Shown here piece after piece: positions 63,390-64,000 of a stretch of DNA of 64,000 nt; positions within the stretch are counted from its first letter, which is position 1; each line of letters begins with the position of its first letter. The position numbers and the translations under genes are program-made. The notes beneath the pieces were generated by a model. It did no database searches. It was not told where the DNA came from and saw only the letters and a program-made list of their open reading frames with translations. Source of the DNA: Lingula anatina (Eukaryota; Animalia; Brachiopoda); NCBI GenBank assembly GCA_051362555.1, contig CM120641.1:31564401-31628400 (forward strand), written 5' to 3'.

Positions 63390-63522
63390 CAGAGGCTCTG
63401 TTCTGGTCCTACACCTGTAAATGTCCATCATGACGTGTTCAAACGTGTTTCCCAAACGTGTCCTTGGCTGACTCTCTTTTGGGCCCCAGACTTTTTCTGC
63501 GGTATAGTCTTCATTTGGAAAC
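63390..63522 (-). pseudogene. Tentative upstream exon of the VWD/EGF pseudogene (FPNEDYTAEKVWGPK...MDIYRC/DQNRAS)
   Basis: ggcag| acceptor and TG|gtaaac donor. It would supply the first EGF cysteine before ECFGNGVC if a -1 frameshift is assumed. Confidence 0.4.
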
Positions 63523-64000
63523 CTGCCAGTATGACGTTCGGGGGAGGGGAGGGGATTAATTACTTGCAGTTAAGCAACTCAACTAACGGTCATTTGGTTG
63601 ATTCGCGAGATCAACGGACTAGCTGGCTATTATTTCACAGCATAAATTGAAATGAAAGATATAAATTGCAGAGTAACGTACCTTGTGTCGCAAGGATACT
63701 ACTTATAATTATTTATTCCCTTCTTGCCCCCCCCCCCCTCGGGCATTTGTAATTGATACTCCGTATCTTGATTAATGTGGAAGAATCGAAAGATGAAAAG
63801 AGCGCCCAAACATGCTTTTGACAGGTCAGGTCACGAAGTAACGGATACGGCATCTCAGGCCACAAAATATGGCTTCACAGGGCAGTGAACAAACTCGAGA
63901 AATTTCCCTCTCCGACAAAATTCCGAGCATATATGGTCACCCTGCTTCCTACATGTCTTTACAACAATTCAGTATCATTATACTGAATTCTATTACTGTT

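Larger units (their letters stand above)
50518..63522 (-). pseudogene. Multi-exon VWD-domain + EGF-repeat extracellular protein pseudogene (VWDE-like architecture); probably extends beyond what is seen
   Basis: GT-AG exons spelling an EGF, GDPHLQTADG..SYDYHG...GLCGLMDDNQDNDF...FAESW (VWD), ECVYDIAVT, and tenascin-type EGF repeats. Several frameshifts and stops. The 5'-most exon (63390-63522) is tentative. Confidence 0.85.

Overview
AT-rich animal genomic DNA (spliceosomal GT-AG exons, LINEs, MITEs, Polinton remnant; probably a marine invertebrate, by inference), almost entirely repeat-derived. (1) 1-15167 and 25470-30870: a ~195-bp satellite in higher-order units, interleaved with 11 copies of a non-coding exon-like cassette. 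(2) 15168-25365: nested insertions, including a full-length CR1-group LINE whose ORF2 begins with a hydrophobic leader plus a 2A-like StopGo motif and has only one nonsense codon. (3) 36516-41663: two near-identical 2.2-kb TTAA-targeted (Kolobok-like) elements in inverted orientation around a ~680-bp spacer containing an exon-like segment. (4) A decayed Tx1/L1-type LINE. (5) 50518-63522 (minus): a multi-exon VWD + EGF extracellular-protein pseudogene with a three-exon tandem duplication, a P-element-like excision footprint inside an exon, a 67-bp minisatellite grown from an exon end plus its splice donor, an intronic L2 LINE, and an intronic Polinton/adintovirus-type pPolB fragment split by a Harbinger-like element. 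I found no intact host protein-coding gene. All family assignments come from motif recognition by eye, without database searches.
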